Notes: a model not told the origin generated them from the sequence alone. A DNA stretch of 64,000 nucleotides from Acidimicrobiia bacterium (GCA_041576165.1 JBFGLM010000008.1:32001-96000); one strand, 5' to 3'; shown: positions 42,446 through 50,963, counted from the first letter of the stretch. Numbers and translations are program-made.

Positions 42446-44017
42446 ATGACAACAACAGCGACCAACAGCGCATCACGCAAACTGGGCGAATTGCTCGTGG
42501 ACAAGCATCTCGTGTCCAAAGATGTACTCGAGCGCCTCCTGATCGAAGAAGCAGATTCCGGCAAGCCGGTGGCGCGGTTGCTCGTGGAACAGGGACACGT
42601 CCAGGAAGCTGATTTGCTACGCGCCATTGCGGAACGAATCAACATGCCATTCCTCGAGCTCGACAGTGCGCATTTCGAGCCGGAAGCTGTCGCCAAGCTG
42701 GCGCCGAATGACGCGCAGTCCCTCGTCGCCATCCCCGTACGGGATGACAACGGGCGACTGATCGTGGCCGTCGCAGATCCGTTCGATCCCGAGAAGCACC
42801 GGCGCCTCGAGCATGCGACAAAGATGCCGGTGCAGCTGGTGCTGGCAACGCGAGCAAAGATCCGCGACGCAATCGATCGATCAACCCGAGCGGCGGGCGC
42901 CGAGTCGACCACCGCCCCCTCCGTCGCGCCGGATGACCCGGACGACGAAGGCTTCCACATCAATCAGCTCCTCAAGGAGCTTTCTGAACTGAACGGATCG
43001 GACCTGCATCTGACCGCAGGATCGCCGCCACAGGTGCGGGTGAACGGGGCGCTACGCCCGCTCGACGGATATGACGTCATGAAGCCGGCAACGCTGCGGC
43101 GGCTGATCTATGGAATCCTCACAGAGAAGCAGCGGGAAAAGCTTGAAGAGACGCTCGAGCTTGACGGATCACATCCGGTCCCGCGCCACGGCCGCTTCCG
43201 CGTGAACGTGTTCTTTCAGCGTGACAGCATCGGCGCCGTGTTTCGTGCCATCCCCAGCGAGATCAAGTCTCTGAACGACCTGGGCCTGCCGCCGGCTGTG
43301 GCCGGATTCGCGGACGTGCCAAGGGGCCTGGTCCTGGTGACGGGGCCAACCGGTTCGGGAAAGTCCACCACCCTGGCGTCGATCATCGACATGATCAACG
43401 AGCGTCATGCGGTTCACATCATGACGGTGGAAGATCCGATCGAGTTCCTGCACCGGCACAAGTCGGCCATCGTCAATCAGCGCGAGGTCGGGGCCGACAC
43501 ATTGGGATTCGAGCACGCGTTGCGCCACGCCCTGCGCCAGGACCCCGATGTGATCCTGGTGGGTGAGTTGCGGGATTTGGAGACGATCTCGACGGCGCTC
43601 ACGGCGGCCGAAACCGGCCACCTCGTATTCGCAACGCTGCACACCCAGGACGCGCCGCAGACGATCGACCGGGTCATCGATGTGTTCCCGCCGCACCAAC
43701 AGCAACAGGTCCGGGTGCAGCTAGCGGCCACTTTGCAGGGAATCGTGACCCAACAGCTCGTGCGAACTGCCGACGGGAAGGGCCGGGCGTGCGCGGCGGA
43801 AGTCATGGTGGCCACACCGGCCATCCGCAACCTCATTCGCGAGGCGAAAAATCACCAGATCACCACTGCCATGCAGGCCGGCGGCCGGCACGGAATGGTG
43901 ACAATGGATCAGTCGCTGGCCGACCTCGTGAAGCGGAACTTGATCACGTTCGACGTGGGCGCTGAGCGGTGCGCCAACCTCGAAGACTTCCAGCGACTCG
44001 CCGGCCGTGTGAGCTAG
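42446..44017 (+). CDS. pilT: Type IV pilus retraction ATPase with an extra N-terminal MshEN/T2SSE_N-like domain
   Basis: SDLHL, GPTGSGKSTT, EDPIEF, AETGHLV, AIRNLIRE PilT signature; about 170 aa N-terminal extension resembling the PilB N-domain. Confidence 0.92.
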   Translation: MTTTATNSASRKLGELLVDKHLVSKDVLERLLIEEADSGKPVARLLVEQGHVQEADLLRAIAERINMPFLELDSAHFEPEAVAKLAPNDAQSLVAIPVRDDNGRLIVAVADPFDPEKHRRLEHATKMPVQLVLATRAKIRDAIDRSTRAAGAESTTAPSVAPDDPDDEGFHINQLLKELSELNGSDLHLTAGSPPQVRVNGALRPLDGYDVMKPATLRRLIYGILTEKQREKLEETLELDGSHPVPRHGRFRVNVFFQRDSIGAVFRAIPSEIKSLNDLGLPPAVAGFADVPRGLVLVTGPTGSGKSTTLASIIDMINERHAVHIMTVEDPIEFLHRHKSAIVNQREVGADTLGFEHALRHALRQDPDVILVGELRDLETISTALTAAETGHLVFATLHTQDAPQTIDRVIDVFPPHQQQQVRVQLAATLQGIVTQQLVRTADGKGRACAAEVMVATPAIRNLIREAKNHQITTAMQAGGRHGMVTMDQSLADLVKRNLITFDVGAERCANLEDFQRLAGRVS

Positions 44018-44026
44018 GAGACGAGG

Positions 44027-45247
44027 ATGTCAGCGACCTACGTCTACAAGGTTCGGGACAACAGCGGGGCCATTCACGATGGCGAGATGGAGGGCTCCAG
44101 TCAGAGCGCAGTCGCTCGAGCCCTGCGTGACAAGGGCTTCACCCCGATCACGGTCGACGAGAAGACGACATCGGCCCTCCAGAAGGACCTGAAGATCCCC
44201 GGTCTCTCCGACCGGATCAAGATCAAGCAGGTTGCGGTGTTCAGCCGCCAGTTCGCCACGATGATCAACTCAGGTCTCTCGCTGCTCCGTTCGCTGAGCA
44301 TTCTCGCCGACCAGACCGATAGCTCGGCGCTGGCCAAGGTGATCCTCGAGGTCAAGGCCAAAGTGGAGCAGGGAGCCAGCCTCTCCGCCGCCATGGAAGC
44401 CCACCCGAAGGCCTTTTCCAAGTTGTACGTCTCGATGGTAAAGGCCGGCGAGGTCGGTGGTGTGCTCGACGAGACGCTGCTCCGACTGGCCGACACCATC
44501 GAAGCCCAGGTCGAACTGCGCGCGAAGATCAAGTCCGCGATGATGTACCCCACGGCCGTCATGGGCCTCGTGGTGCTGATCGTCACGGCCATGCTCATCT
44601 TCATCGTGCCGATGTTTGAGAACCTCTACGCCGACCTTGGCGGCGAGCTCCCGGTACCCACCAAGCTGCTACTGGCGATATCGGCATTCCTCACCAAGTA
44701 CTGGTATTTGGCCGGAATCCTGACGTTCGGCACGCTGTTCGGCTTCAAACGCTGGATCGCTACCGACGGCGGGCGCGCCCGGTTCGACGCGATCAAACTG
44801 AAGCTTCCGATCTTCGGCCCGCTGGTGCACAAGACTGCAATCGCCCGCTTCTCGCACACATTGTCGGCGTTGACCCGCACCGGCGTGCCCATCCTTCAAG
44901 CGATGGACATCGTCGCAGAGACCTCCGGCAACGCGGTGGTCGCCCGGGCCGTCACAGACGTGCAGTCGTCGATCAAGGAAGGGGAATCCATCGCCGCCCC
45001 CCTCATGAATCACTCGATCTTTCCGCCGATGGTCGTGCAGATGATGGCGGTCGGCGAGGAGACCGGCGCTTTGGACACCATGCTCGAAAAGGTCGGGATC
45101 TTCTACGACAAAGAGGTCGAGGCGATGGTCGAGGGGTTGACCTCCCTGATCGAACCCCTGCTCATCGTCGTGCTGGGCGCCACCGTCGGTGGGATGCTGG
45201 TGGCCCTGTACCTGCCGATGTTCAACGTGATCAACCTGATCAACTGA
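44027..45247 (+). CDS. pilC: Type IV pilus platform protein (T2SS F family)
   Basis: FSRQFATMINSG, AGEVGG.L, KSAMMYP, GEETGALD.ML, LIEP. Confidence 0.95.
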   Translation: MSATYVYKVRDNSGAIHDGEMEGSSQSAVARALRDKGFTPITVDEKTTSALQKDLKIPGLSDRIKIKQVAVFSRQFATMINSGLSLLRSLSILADQTDSSALAKVILEVKAKVEQGASLSAAMEAHPKAFSKLYVSMVKAGEVGGVLDETLLRLADTIEAQVELRAKIKSAMMYPTAVMGLVVLIVTAMLIFIVPMFENLYADLGGELPVPTKLLLAISAFLTKYWYLAGILTFGTLFGFKRWIATDGGRARFDAIKLKLPIFGPLVHKTAIARFSHTLSALTRTGVPILQAMDIVAETSGNAVVARAVTDVQSSIKEGESIAAPLMNHSIFPPMVVQMMAVGEETGALDTMLEKVGIFYDKEVEAMVEGLTSLIEPLLIVVLGATVGGMLVALYLPMFNVINLIN

Positions 45248-45393
45248 CGTGCGCCGCTCGCCGCGCACTGCGTCCCCTCCGCTCTCAGCTCACGCTGCCG
45301 CCTCCATAGGCGTGGCCCGGCAATGACCAGCCATCTGGAGGTGACTAGTCCGTCGGCGCAAAGAGCCATTAGCACCAACTCACACAAACAGTG

Positions 45394-45421
45394 CTCAATT
45401 CACCACAGAGGGTGGCCGATA
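45394..45421 (+). promoter_or_regulatory. Putative FliA/WhiG (sigma-28)-type promoter of the major pilin
   Basis: CTCA-N17-GCCGATA upstream of the GGAGG RBS and ATG 45479. Confidence 0.65.
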
Positions 45422-45478
45422 CACGATAACGGTAGGGAGGGCCGACAAGCGGCCCGACATCCAGGAGGTACGAGAAAG

Positions 45479-45955
45479 ATGATCGGTTGGATTCGCAACC
45501 GTCTCAGCCGCGACGAGGGCTTCACGCTTGTCGAGCTGATGGTGGTGGTGCTTGTCATCGCTATTCTGATTGCCATCGCCATCCCGACGTTCTTGGGCGC
45601 TCGCCAGCGGGCACAGGACCGGGCCGCGCAGAGCGATCTGCGTAACGCGTTGACCGCCGCCAAGGTGTTCTACGTGGACAACGAGGACTACGACGCAGTC
45701 GATGACGGCGTGACGAATGACCTCGAGGACATCGAGCCGAGCCTGGCGCTGGACAACACCATCGCCAACGCGACGGCGGACATCGTCGGGTACACCGGCG
45801 CCGGCCAGACCATCGTGATGGAGAAGCAGAGCTCTTCGGGCACCTGGTTCTGTATCGCAGATGATGCCTCGGCTGGTGGTGGCACCACCTACGGTTCCGG
45901 CGCTGCGGCGGCTGACGCCGACACCGTGGCCGAGTGTGCAGCTGCAAGCTGGTAG
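45479..45955 (+). CDS. pilA: Type IV pilin, probable major pilin
   Basis: DEG|FTLVELMVVVLVIAILIAIAIPTF; C-terminal Cys pair; strong RBS, own promoter motif and downstream hairpin. Confidence 0.88.
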   Translation: MIGWIRNRLSRDEGFTLVELMVVVLVIAILIAIAIPTFLGARQRAQDRAAQSDLRNALTAAKVFYVDNEDYDAVDDGVTNDLEDIEPSLALDNTIANATADIVGYTGAGQTIVMEKQSSSGTWFCIADDASAGGGTTYGSGAAAADADTVAECAAASW

Positions 45956-45972
45956 ACACTGACCAACTAGTT

Positions 45973-46006
45973 GAAATGAGGCGGGTCGTCAGACCCGCCT
46001 CATTTC
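45973..46006 (+). terminator. Perfect 15-bp hairpin after pilA
   Basis: GAAATGAGGCGGGTC-GTCA-GACCCGCCTCATTTC followed by GCGTTTCT. Confidence 0.85.
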
Positions 46007-46040
46007 GCGTTTCTCCATGGACAACAACCCTTTCCCGCGC

Positions 46041-46068
46041 TTCATGTTCGTCGGCCTGTGGCCGATAA
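46041..46068 (+). promoter_or_regulatory. Putative sigma-28-type promoter of the second pilin and pilD
   Basis: TTCA-N16-GCCGATAA; the -10 matches the sigma-28 consensus exactly. Confidence 0.6.
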
Positions 46069-46097
46069 ATCTGGGAGCCCGCACAGGACAGGAGAAC

Positions 46098-46556
46098 ATG
46101 CGACGCCAAGAGTCCGACGGTGGATTCACGCTGGTCGAGCTGATGGTCGTCGTGCTCGTGATCGCGATCCTGATCGCCATCGCCGTCCCGACATTCCTCG
46201 GCGCCCGGCAAAGGGCCCAAGACCGAACGACCCAGTCCAACCTGGTCCAGGCTTCCAAAACGCAGTCAACGTATGCAGCCGATATCGACAGCTTCACAGA
46301 CAACGTGCCGGCCCTCGTCGCCGAGGAGCCGTCACTTGACTGGAGCGGTACGGACCCCGAAGACATTCACGTAGTCGTGGCCGACGTCCAGCCGGGCGAC
46401 AACCGCCAGGTGCTTCTCTATAGCCGGTCCAATTCGGGTACGTGGTTCGGACTCCGCATCGTGCGCCAAGGGGCGTCCGCCGGTCGCTACACATGCGCAG
46501 GTGCGGCAGAATCCAACGTCGACGACATGGTCGACTGTTCGGGGCAGGTTTGGTAG
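46098..46556 (+). CDS. Second type IV pilin (paralog of pilA)
   Basis: DGG|FTLVELMVVVLVIAILIAIAVPTFLGARQRAQDR; C-terminal Cys pair; AGGAG RBS. Confidence 0.88.
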   Translation: MRRQESDGGFTLVELMVVVLVIAILIAIAVPTFLGARQRAQDRTTQSNLVQASKTQSTYAADIDSFTDNVPALVAEEPSLDWSGTDPEDIHVVVADVQPGDNRQVLLYSRSNSGTWFGLRIVRQGASAGRYTCAGAAESNVDDMVDCSGQVW

Positions 46557-47317
46557 CTGTAGCACTGCTCGTCGGTCTGTTCGGGCTGGCGATCGGGAGT
46601 TTTCTCAACGTGGTGGCCTATCGGGTCCCTCAGGACCTGTCGGTCATCACGCCCCGTAGCGCATGTCCGAGCTGTGAACAACCCATCCGGCCGCGCGACA
46701 ACATCCCAGTGCTCGGCTGGGTGCTGCTCCGCGGCCGTTGCCGAGACTGCGGCCAGGCGATATCCGTTCGATATCCGATAGTCGAGGCGGTCACCGGCGT
46801 GCTGTTCGCATTGACAGTGCTCGTGATTGGGATCCGGTGGGATCTGCCCGCGCACCTCTGGTTCGTCGGGCTCACCATCGTTCTGATCGTGACGGACTTC
46901 GACCACCACCGCATACCCAACCGGATATTGCTGCCCGGCACGCTCGTCGGAGTGGCGCTCCTCGTCATAGGTGGGGCATTGGAGGGCCGCTTGCTGGATG
47001 TTGGTGTAGGGCTGCTGACCGGGGCTGCCAATTTCTTGTTGTTCCTTGTCATTGCACTCGCTGCACGTGGCGGCTTCGGCATGGGTGACGTCAAACTGGC
47101 GTTCATCCTCGGTGCCTTCACGGGATATCACGCGTGGAGTTTTGCCGCCGTCGGAACGTTCCTCGCCTTTCTCCTCGGAGGCTTGGTGTCCATAGTGCTC
47201 CTGGTCATACGGCGCCGCGGGCGCAAGGACGCTATTGCGTTTGGGCCGCCAATGATCGTGGGCGCCTGGCTGGCCATAGTGTGGGGACGCGACATCCTCG
47301 ACTGGTACTTGGGGTGA
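46550..47317 (+). CDS. pilD: Prepilin peptidase (A24)
   Basis: GSFLNVV.YRVP, RSACPSC, DNIPVLGW..LRGRCRDC, GMGDVKL, FGP. Confidence 0.93.
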   Translation: MVAVALLVGLFGLAIGSFLNVVAYRVPQDLSVITPRSACPSCEQPIRPRDNIPVLGWVLLRGRCRDCGQAISVRYPIVEAVTGVLFALTVLVIGIRWDLPAHLWFVGLTIVLIVTDFDHHRIPNRILLPGTLVGVALLVIGGALEGRLLDVGVGLLTGAANFLLFLVIALAARGGFGMGDVKLAFILGAFTGYHAWSFAAVGTFLAFLLGGLVSIVLLVIRRRGRKDAIAFGPPMIVGAWLAIVWGRDILDWYLG

Positions 47318-47460
47318 TCGCCACCTCCGGTGGCGTGCGTGTAATGAGCGGCCTACGGCCGCGCTCTTTGTTGCTGGGTCGCACCGCACAGGTCGCTGCG
47401 CCCCAGATTGAGGGGAGCCGCTCCGCGGGACCCCTCAAACTCCCCCTTTCGGGGTTGGGG

Positions 47461-47500
47461 GCTCGCTGCGCTTCGCTCGGCGGGAAGGTCCGGCTGTGGC
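47461..47500. repeat. Short dispersed repeat, copy 1 (upstream of pilM)
   Basis: GCTCGCTGCGCTTCGCTCG (19 bp) and GGTCCGGCTGTGGC (14 bp) recur at 50964-50999. Confidence 0.75.
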
Positions 47501-47711
47501 CGTAGCTGTGGCTGTAGCTGGGGTCGTGCCGCCGTAGGCGGCGGAACGGCTAAAACTCCAGGCTGTGGATATCTCCTAGTTCCTTGCAGTTCGACACGGG
47601 AGGCAATTACGCTCTTGTAATCACAAGCATGTGATTCTTCAGCGGCTGCGCTGGGCCGGTGAAGGATTGGGCGGTCAGCGCGCTGGCGACTGTCACGAGC
47701 GGAGTATTCAG

Positions 47712-48782
47712 ATGGCGCTCAACGTGGGCCTGGACATCGGCACAACCGCAGTTCGTGCCGCATTGGTCCAGACCGGGCGGGGTAAACCGAAGCTGCAGAA
47801 GTACGGCCAAGTTGCACTACCCGAAGGCACGGTGGTGGGCGGCGAGATCGTAGACGAGGCAGTGATGCGCGACGCCCTCCATCAGCTTTGGAAGACCACC
47901 CGGCTACCCAAGAAGCGGGTGGTCGTCGGGATCGCCAATCAACGTGTGATCGTCCGGCGCATCGACATGGACTACATGGACGAGGAGCAGCTGGCCGAGG
48001 CGCTGCCCTTCCAGGCTCAGGAATACATCCCGATTCCGATTGACGACGCCATCCTCGATTTCGTCCCGCTCGAAGAGTTCACAACGCCTGAGGGGCAGGC
48101 CATGCTCTCGGTCCTGGTCGTGGCCGCCCAGCGATCGATGGCTAACGATGTGCTGCGGGTGGTCGGCTCGGTCGGCGCCCGGGTCATGGCGCTCGACCTG
48201 CAAGCGTTCGGGCTGGTTCGCGCCGCCTTCGGACCCGAGGCCAGCGCCGAAACCGGGCTGGCTGCCATCGTCGACATCGGTGGGAGCATCACCCAGGTCA
48301 GCGTCATTCGGGACGGAACGGTGCGTTTCCTGCGGATCCTGAACATGGGGGGAGACGCCTTTACCACCGCAGTGCAAACCGGCCTGGATGTCAGCCATGA
48401 GCAAGCCGACCAGCTGAAACGGCGCATCGGAGTAGCGCCGGACGAGCTTGACAGCGACGAATCCGAGGACGGGCGGGCGCGCCGGATCCTGACCAGACAG
48501 GGCGATCAACTCATCGACGAGGTCCGGGGATCGATCGACTACTACCTGTCCCAGTCCAGCGACACTGCCGCCGAGACCATCTACATCTCCGGCAACGGAG
48601 CCCGCCTCCCCCATCTCGCCAACCGAATGGCTCGGATGCTGGATGTCAGCATCCAACCCATTCGCCTGCTCGAATCCGAACATCTCGAGATCGGCAAGAC
48701 CGGCCTTTCGGAAACGGAGCTCATGGCCACGCAGCCGGTTCTTCCGGTGGCCGCCGGCCTGGCGTTGTGGAGCGAGGCCTGA
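47712..48782 (+). CDS. pilM: Type IV pilus assembly protein PilM
   Basis: VGLDIGTTAVR actin-like fold, EYIPIPIDDAILDF, IVDIGG, SGNGA. Confidence 0.93.
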   Translation: MALNVGLDIGTTAVRAALVQTGRGKPKLQKYGQVALPEGTVVGGEIVDEAVMRDALHQLWKTTRLPKKRVVVGIANQRVIVRRIDMDYMDEEQLAEALPFQAQEYIPIPIDDAILDFVPLEEFTTPEGQAMLSVLVVAAQRSMANDVLRVVGSVGARVMALDLQAFGLVRAAFGPEASAETGLAAIVDIGGSITQVSVIRDGTVRFLRILNMGGDAFTTAVQTGLDVSHEQADQLKRRIGVAPDELDSDESEDGRARRILTRQGDQLIDEVRGSIDYYLSQSSDTAAETIYISGNGARLPHLANRMARMLDVSIQPIRLLESEHLEIGKTGLSETELMATQPVLPVAAGLALWSEA

Positions 48783-49402
48783 TGCGGCCAATCAATCTTC
48801 TCCCGCCTGAAGCTGCCCAGCGAGCAGCCGCCCGCCGTAAACGGGTCGGATTCATCCTGCTCGGCGTCTTGTGGCTCGTCGTGCTCTTCATCGGATTCCT
48901 GTTCTTCAGCAATCGGGCCGACCAGAAAGAGGCCGAACGAGACGAACAGCTCGCTACCAACGAGGACATTCGCCGCCAAATTGCAGCTTTGGCATCAGTC
49001 GCCGGTCTCCAGGCCGAGCTCGACCAGCGCTCGGACGATGTGGCGACCGTGTTGGCAGTCGATGTGGCCTGGGGCCGACTGCTCAATGACCTTGGTCGAG
49101 TGATTCCCGACCGGGTCTGGCTGGAGAGCTTTGCCGCCGTTGTCCAGGTAGACGAAGAGACTCCGGGATTCGGGACAGTCCAGATGGGCGGGGTTGCGTT
49201 TGACTACCCGGACGCAGCCTCGTGGCTCCGCACGCTTGATTCCGACCAGTGGCCGGCGATCGGAGCCGGCTGGGTCCTGTCCACTGCGACGGAGGACATC
49301 GTCGAAGACGTGCCGGCGGTGGTATTCGCTTCAGTCGGCACGCTCACGTCCAATGCCCTTTCGAATCGGGTCGAGGAGCGGATACCCGAGGTGCCCGGAT
49401 GA
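48782..49402 (+). CDS. pilN: Type IV pilus assembly protein PilN
   Basis: INLLP motif, TM helix, coiled coil, IPDRVWLESF. Confidence 0.9.
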   Translation: MRPINLLPPEAAQRAAARRKRVGFILLGVLWLVVLFIGFLFFSNRADQKEAERDEQLATNEDIRRQIAALASVAGLQAELDQRSDDVATVLAVDVAWGRLLNDLGRVIPDRVWLESFAAVVQVDEETPGFGTVQMGGVAFDYPDAASWLRTLDSDQWPAIGAGWVLSTATEDIVEDVPAVVFASVGTLTSNALSNRVEERIPEVPG

Positions 49403-50280
49403 GTCGGAACGCGCTGATCATTTCGATTCTCGTTGGGCTCCTTGTCACCGCGGCCTGGTGGTTCCTGCTGGTCGGTCCGCAGCGAGACCGGCAGAATCAA
49501 GCCGAGGAGGAACTGCAGGCCGCACAGGACGAAGAATTCATACTCCGGACTCAGCTGTCACAGCTCCAGCGGATTCAGGACAACGAGTTGCCGTATCGGG
49601 CCGCCATCGCCGAGCTCGAGACTGAGATCCCCGACCAGCCGCAGACGGCCAGCCTGATCGATCAGTTGGCTGCCCTTGCTGACGAAACGGGCGTCCTGTG
49701 GCAATCGGGCAATTACGGCAACCCGGAGTTGAACGAGGACACCGGTTTGTTCGAGATCCCCCTGGCGCTGAATGTCGAGGGGCAGTTCTTCGAGGTGCTC
49801 GGGTATCTCTACGGAGTGGCCGATCTCGACCGGTTGGTACGGATCGACGGCGTGAACATATCCCCGCGCCAGGACGAAGCCGGATTTACGATTCTCAGTG
49901 TCAATCTGACGGGGCGGGCCTTCGCCACCGGCACCGTCCAAGTTCCGCTGATCGAGCTCGAGGTCCCGGACCAGCCCGCGGAGGAATCGACCACGACCAC
50001 CACCACCACACCCGAAGATGGAACGGGCGAGAACGGCGCGCTCGACACGGGTGAGTCCACTACGACCACCACCACACCCGAAGATGGAACGGGCGAGAGC
50101 GGCGCGCTCGACACGGGTGAGTCCACTACGACCACCACCACACCCGAAGATGGAACGGGCGAGAGCGGCGCGCTCGACACCGGTGGGTCCACTACGACCA
50201 CCACCGCTGCGACATCATCGAACTCGTCAACTGACACCTCGGCTCCCGCCGGTGAGGCCAGCGCGGGAGGACGTGCCTGA
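49399..50280 (+). CDS. pilO: Type IV pilus assembly protein PilO with a repetitive Thr-rich tail
   Basis: TM helix, coiled coil, IPDQP, LDRLVRIDGVNI; follows pilN. Confidence 0.85.
   Translation: MSRNALIISILVGLLVTAAWWFLLVGPQRDRQNQAEEELQAAQDEEFILRTQLSQLQRIQDNELPYRAAIAELETEIPDQPQTASLIDQLAALADETGVLWQSGNYGNPELNEDTGLFEIPLALNVEGQFFEVLGYLYGVADLDRLVRIDGVNISPRQDEAGFTILSVNLTGRAFATGTVQVPLIELEVPDQPAEESTTTTTTTPEDGTGENGALDTGESTTTTTTPEDGTGESGALDTGESTTTTTTPEDGTGESGALDTGGSTTTTTAATSSNSSTDTSAPAGEASAGGRA
49990..50206 (+). repeat. 66-bp (22 aa) tandem repeat, about 3.3 copies, within pilO
   Basis: CCCGAAGATGGAACGGGCGAG starts at 50011, 50077 and 50143; unit TTTTTTPEDGTGE(N/S)GALDTG(E/G)S. Confidence 0.95.
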
Positions 50281-50795
50281 TGCACCGCACGGAACGAACC
50301 AGCGGGACTGCGGCTGCCACGGCCATCATCCTGGTAGGTGTCGCGGTGGCGATGGCGTGGATCGCGTTCAGCGGTTCTCTGTCCGGGGTCAGCGTCCCCG
50401 ATTTCGACGGACCGCTCGCCCGGGCAGAGATCCAGGAAGCGGTGGCATCTCCGCTCATCGAGGGCATGCGGATCGAGAGTTCCATACAGTTCTCCCAGCC
50501 CCGCGACCCGTTCCGCCCGCTCATCACCGAGGACTCAGCTGGTGCTCCCGGAGGTGGCACCGGCACCAACGGCGACGGCACCGGAGTCGGCACATCCGTG
50601 ACCCTCCAAGAGATCCGCGACGTCGACGGGGTGTTGCGGGCAACCGTCATTGTTGACGGGGTGAGTTACGACGTCGGCATTGGTGACCAGTTTGCCGGAC
50701 GGTTCATGGTGGTGTCCCTCGACTCCGATAGCGGCGTGTTCCTCAACGGAGACAACGCCTTCTCACTCTCGGTAGGCCAACAGATATTGAAGTAG
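50280..50795 (+). CDS. Membrane-anchored protein in the PilP position
   Basis: TM helix, RDPFRP motif reminiscent of PilP, small beta domain ending LSVGQQILK; coupled to the pilO stop. Confidence 0.7.
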   Translation: MHRTERTSGTAAATAIILVGVAVAMAWIAFSGSLSGVSVPDFDGPLARAEIQEAVASPLIEGMRIESSIQFSQPRDPFRPLITEDSAGAPGGGTGTNGDGTGVGTSVTLQEIRDVDGVLRATVIVDGVSYDVGIGDQFAGRFMVVSLDSDSGVFLNGDNAFSLSVGQQILK

Positions 50796-50873
50796 TCGCC
50801 GGCGAGAGATCGGCCGGAGCAGGCTCCGGCTGAGTTTGGTCTAGGGATCGGCCTGTGGCCGTGCTGTTTTTCG

Positions 50874-50907
50874 CAGATTTGCACCGCAGCGGTCCGCTGC
50901 AAATCTG
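50874..50907. terminator. Hairpin after the pil cluster
   Basis: CAGATTTGCA...TGCAAATCTG 10-bp stem; a second 8-bp stem GCCGGAGC/GCTCCGGC at 50813-50830. Confidence 0.45.
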
Positions 50908-50963
50908 TGCGAGGGGGACGGCGGAGCCTATTCCCGTCACACAGCCCCTTTGGCGGCGGGTTT

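Noticed and set aside
45521-45955. Resemblance of PilA to Geobacter conductive pilin (F1, F24, SDLRN, F50/Y51, Y57)
   Set aside because: It lacks aromatics at positions 27 and 32, has about 10 aromatic residues in 144 (about 7%), is a full-length pilin, and no cytochrome genes lie nearby.
47318-47711. Possible c-di-GMP riboswitch upstream of pilM
   Set aside because: I could not find the GEMM consensus elements by eye; an Infernal scan would be needed.
49990-50206. Regularly spaced repeats as a possible CRISPR array
   Set aside because: Units are contiguous with no unique spacers, are in frame within pilO, and no cas genes are present.
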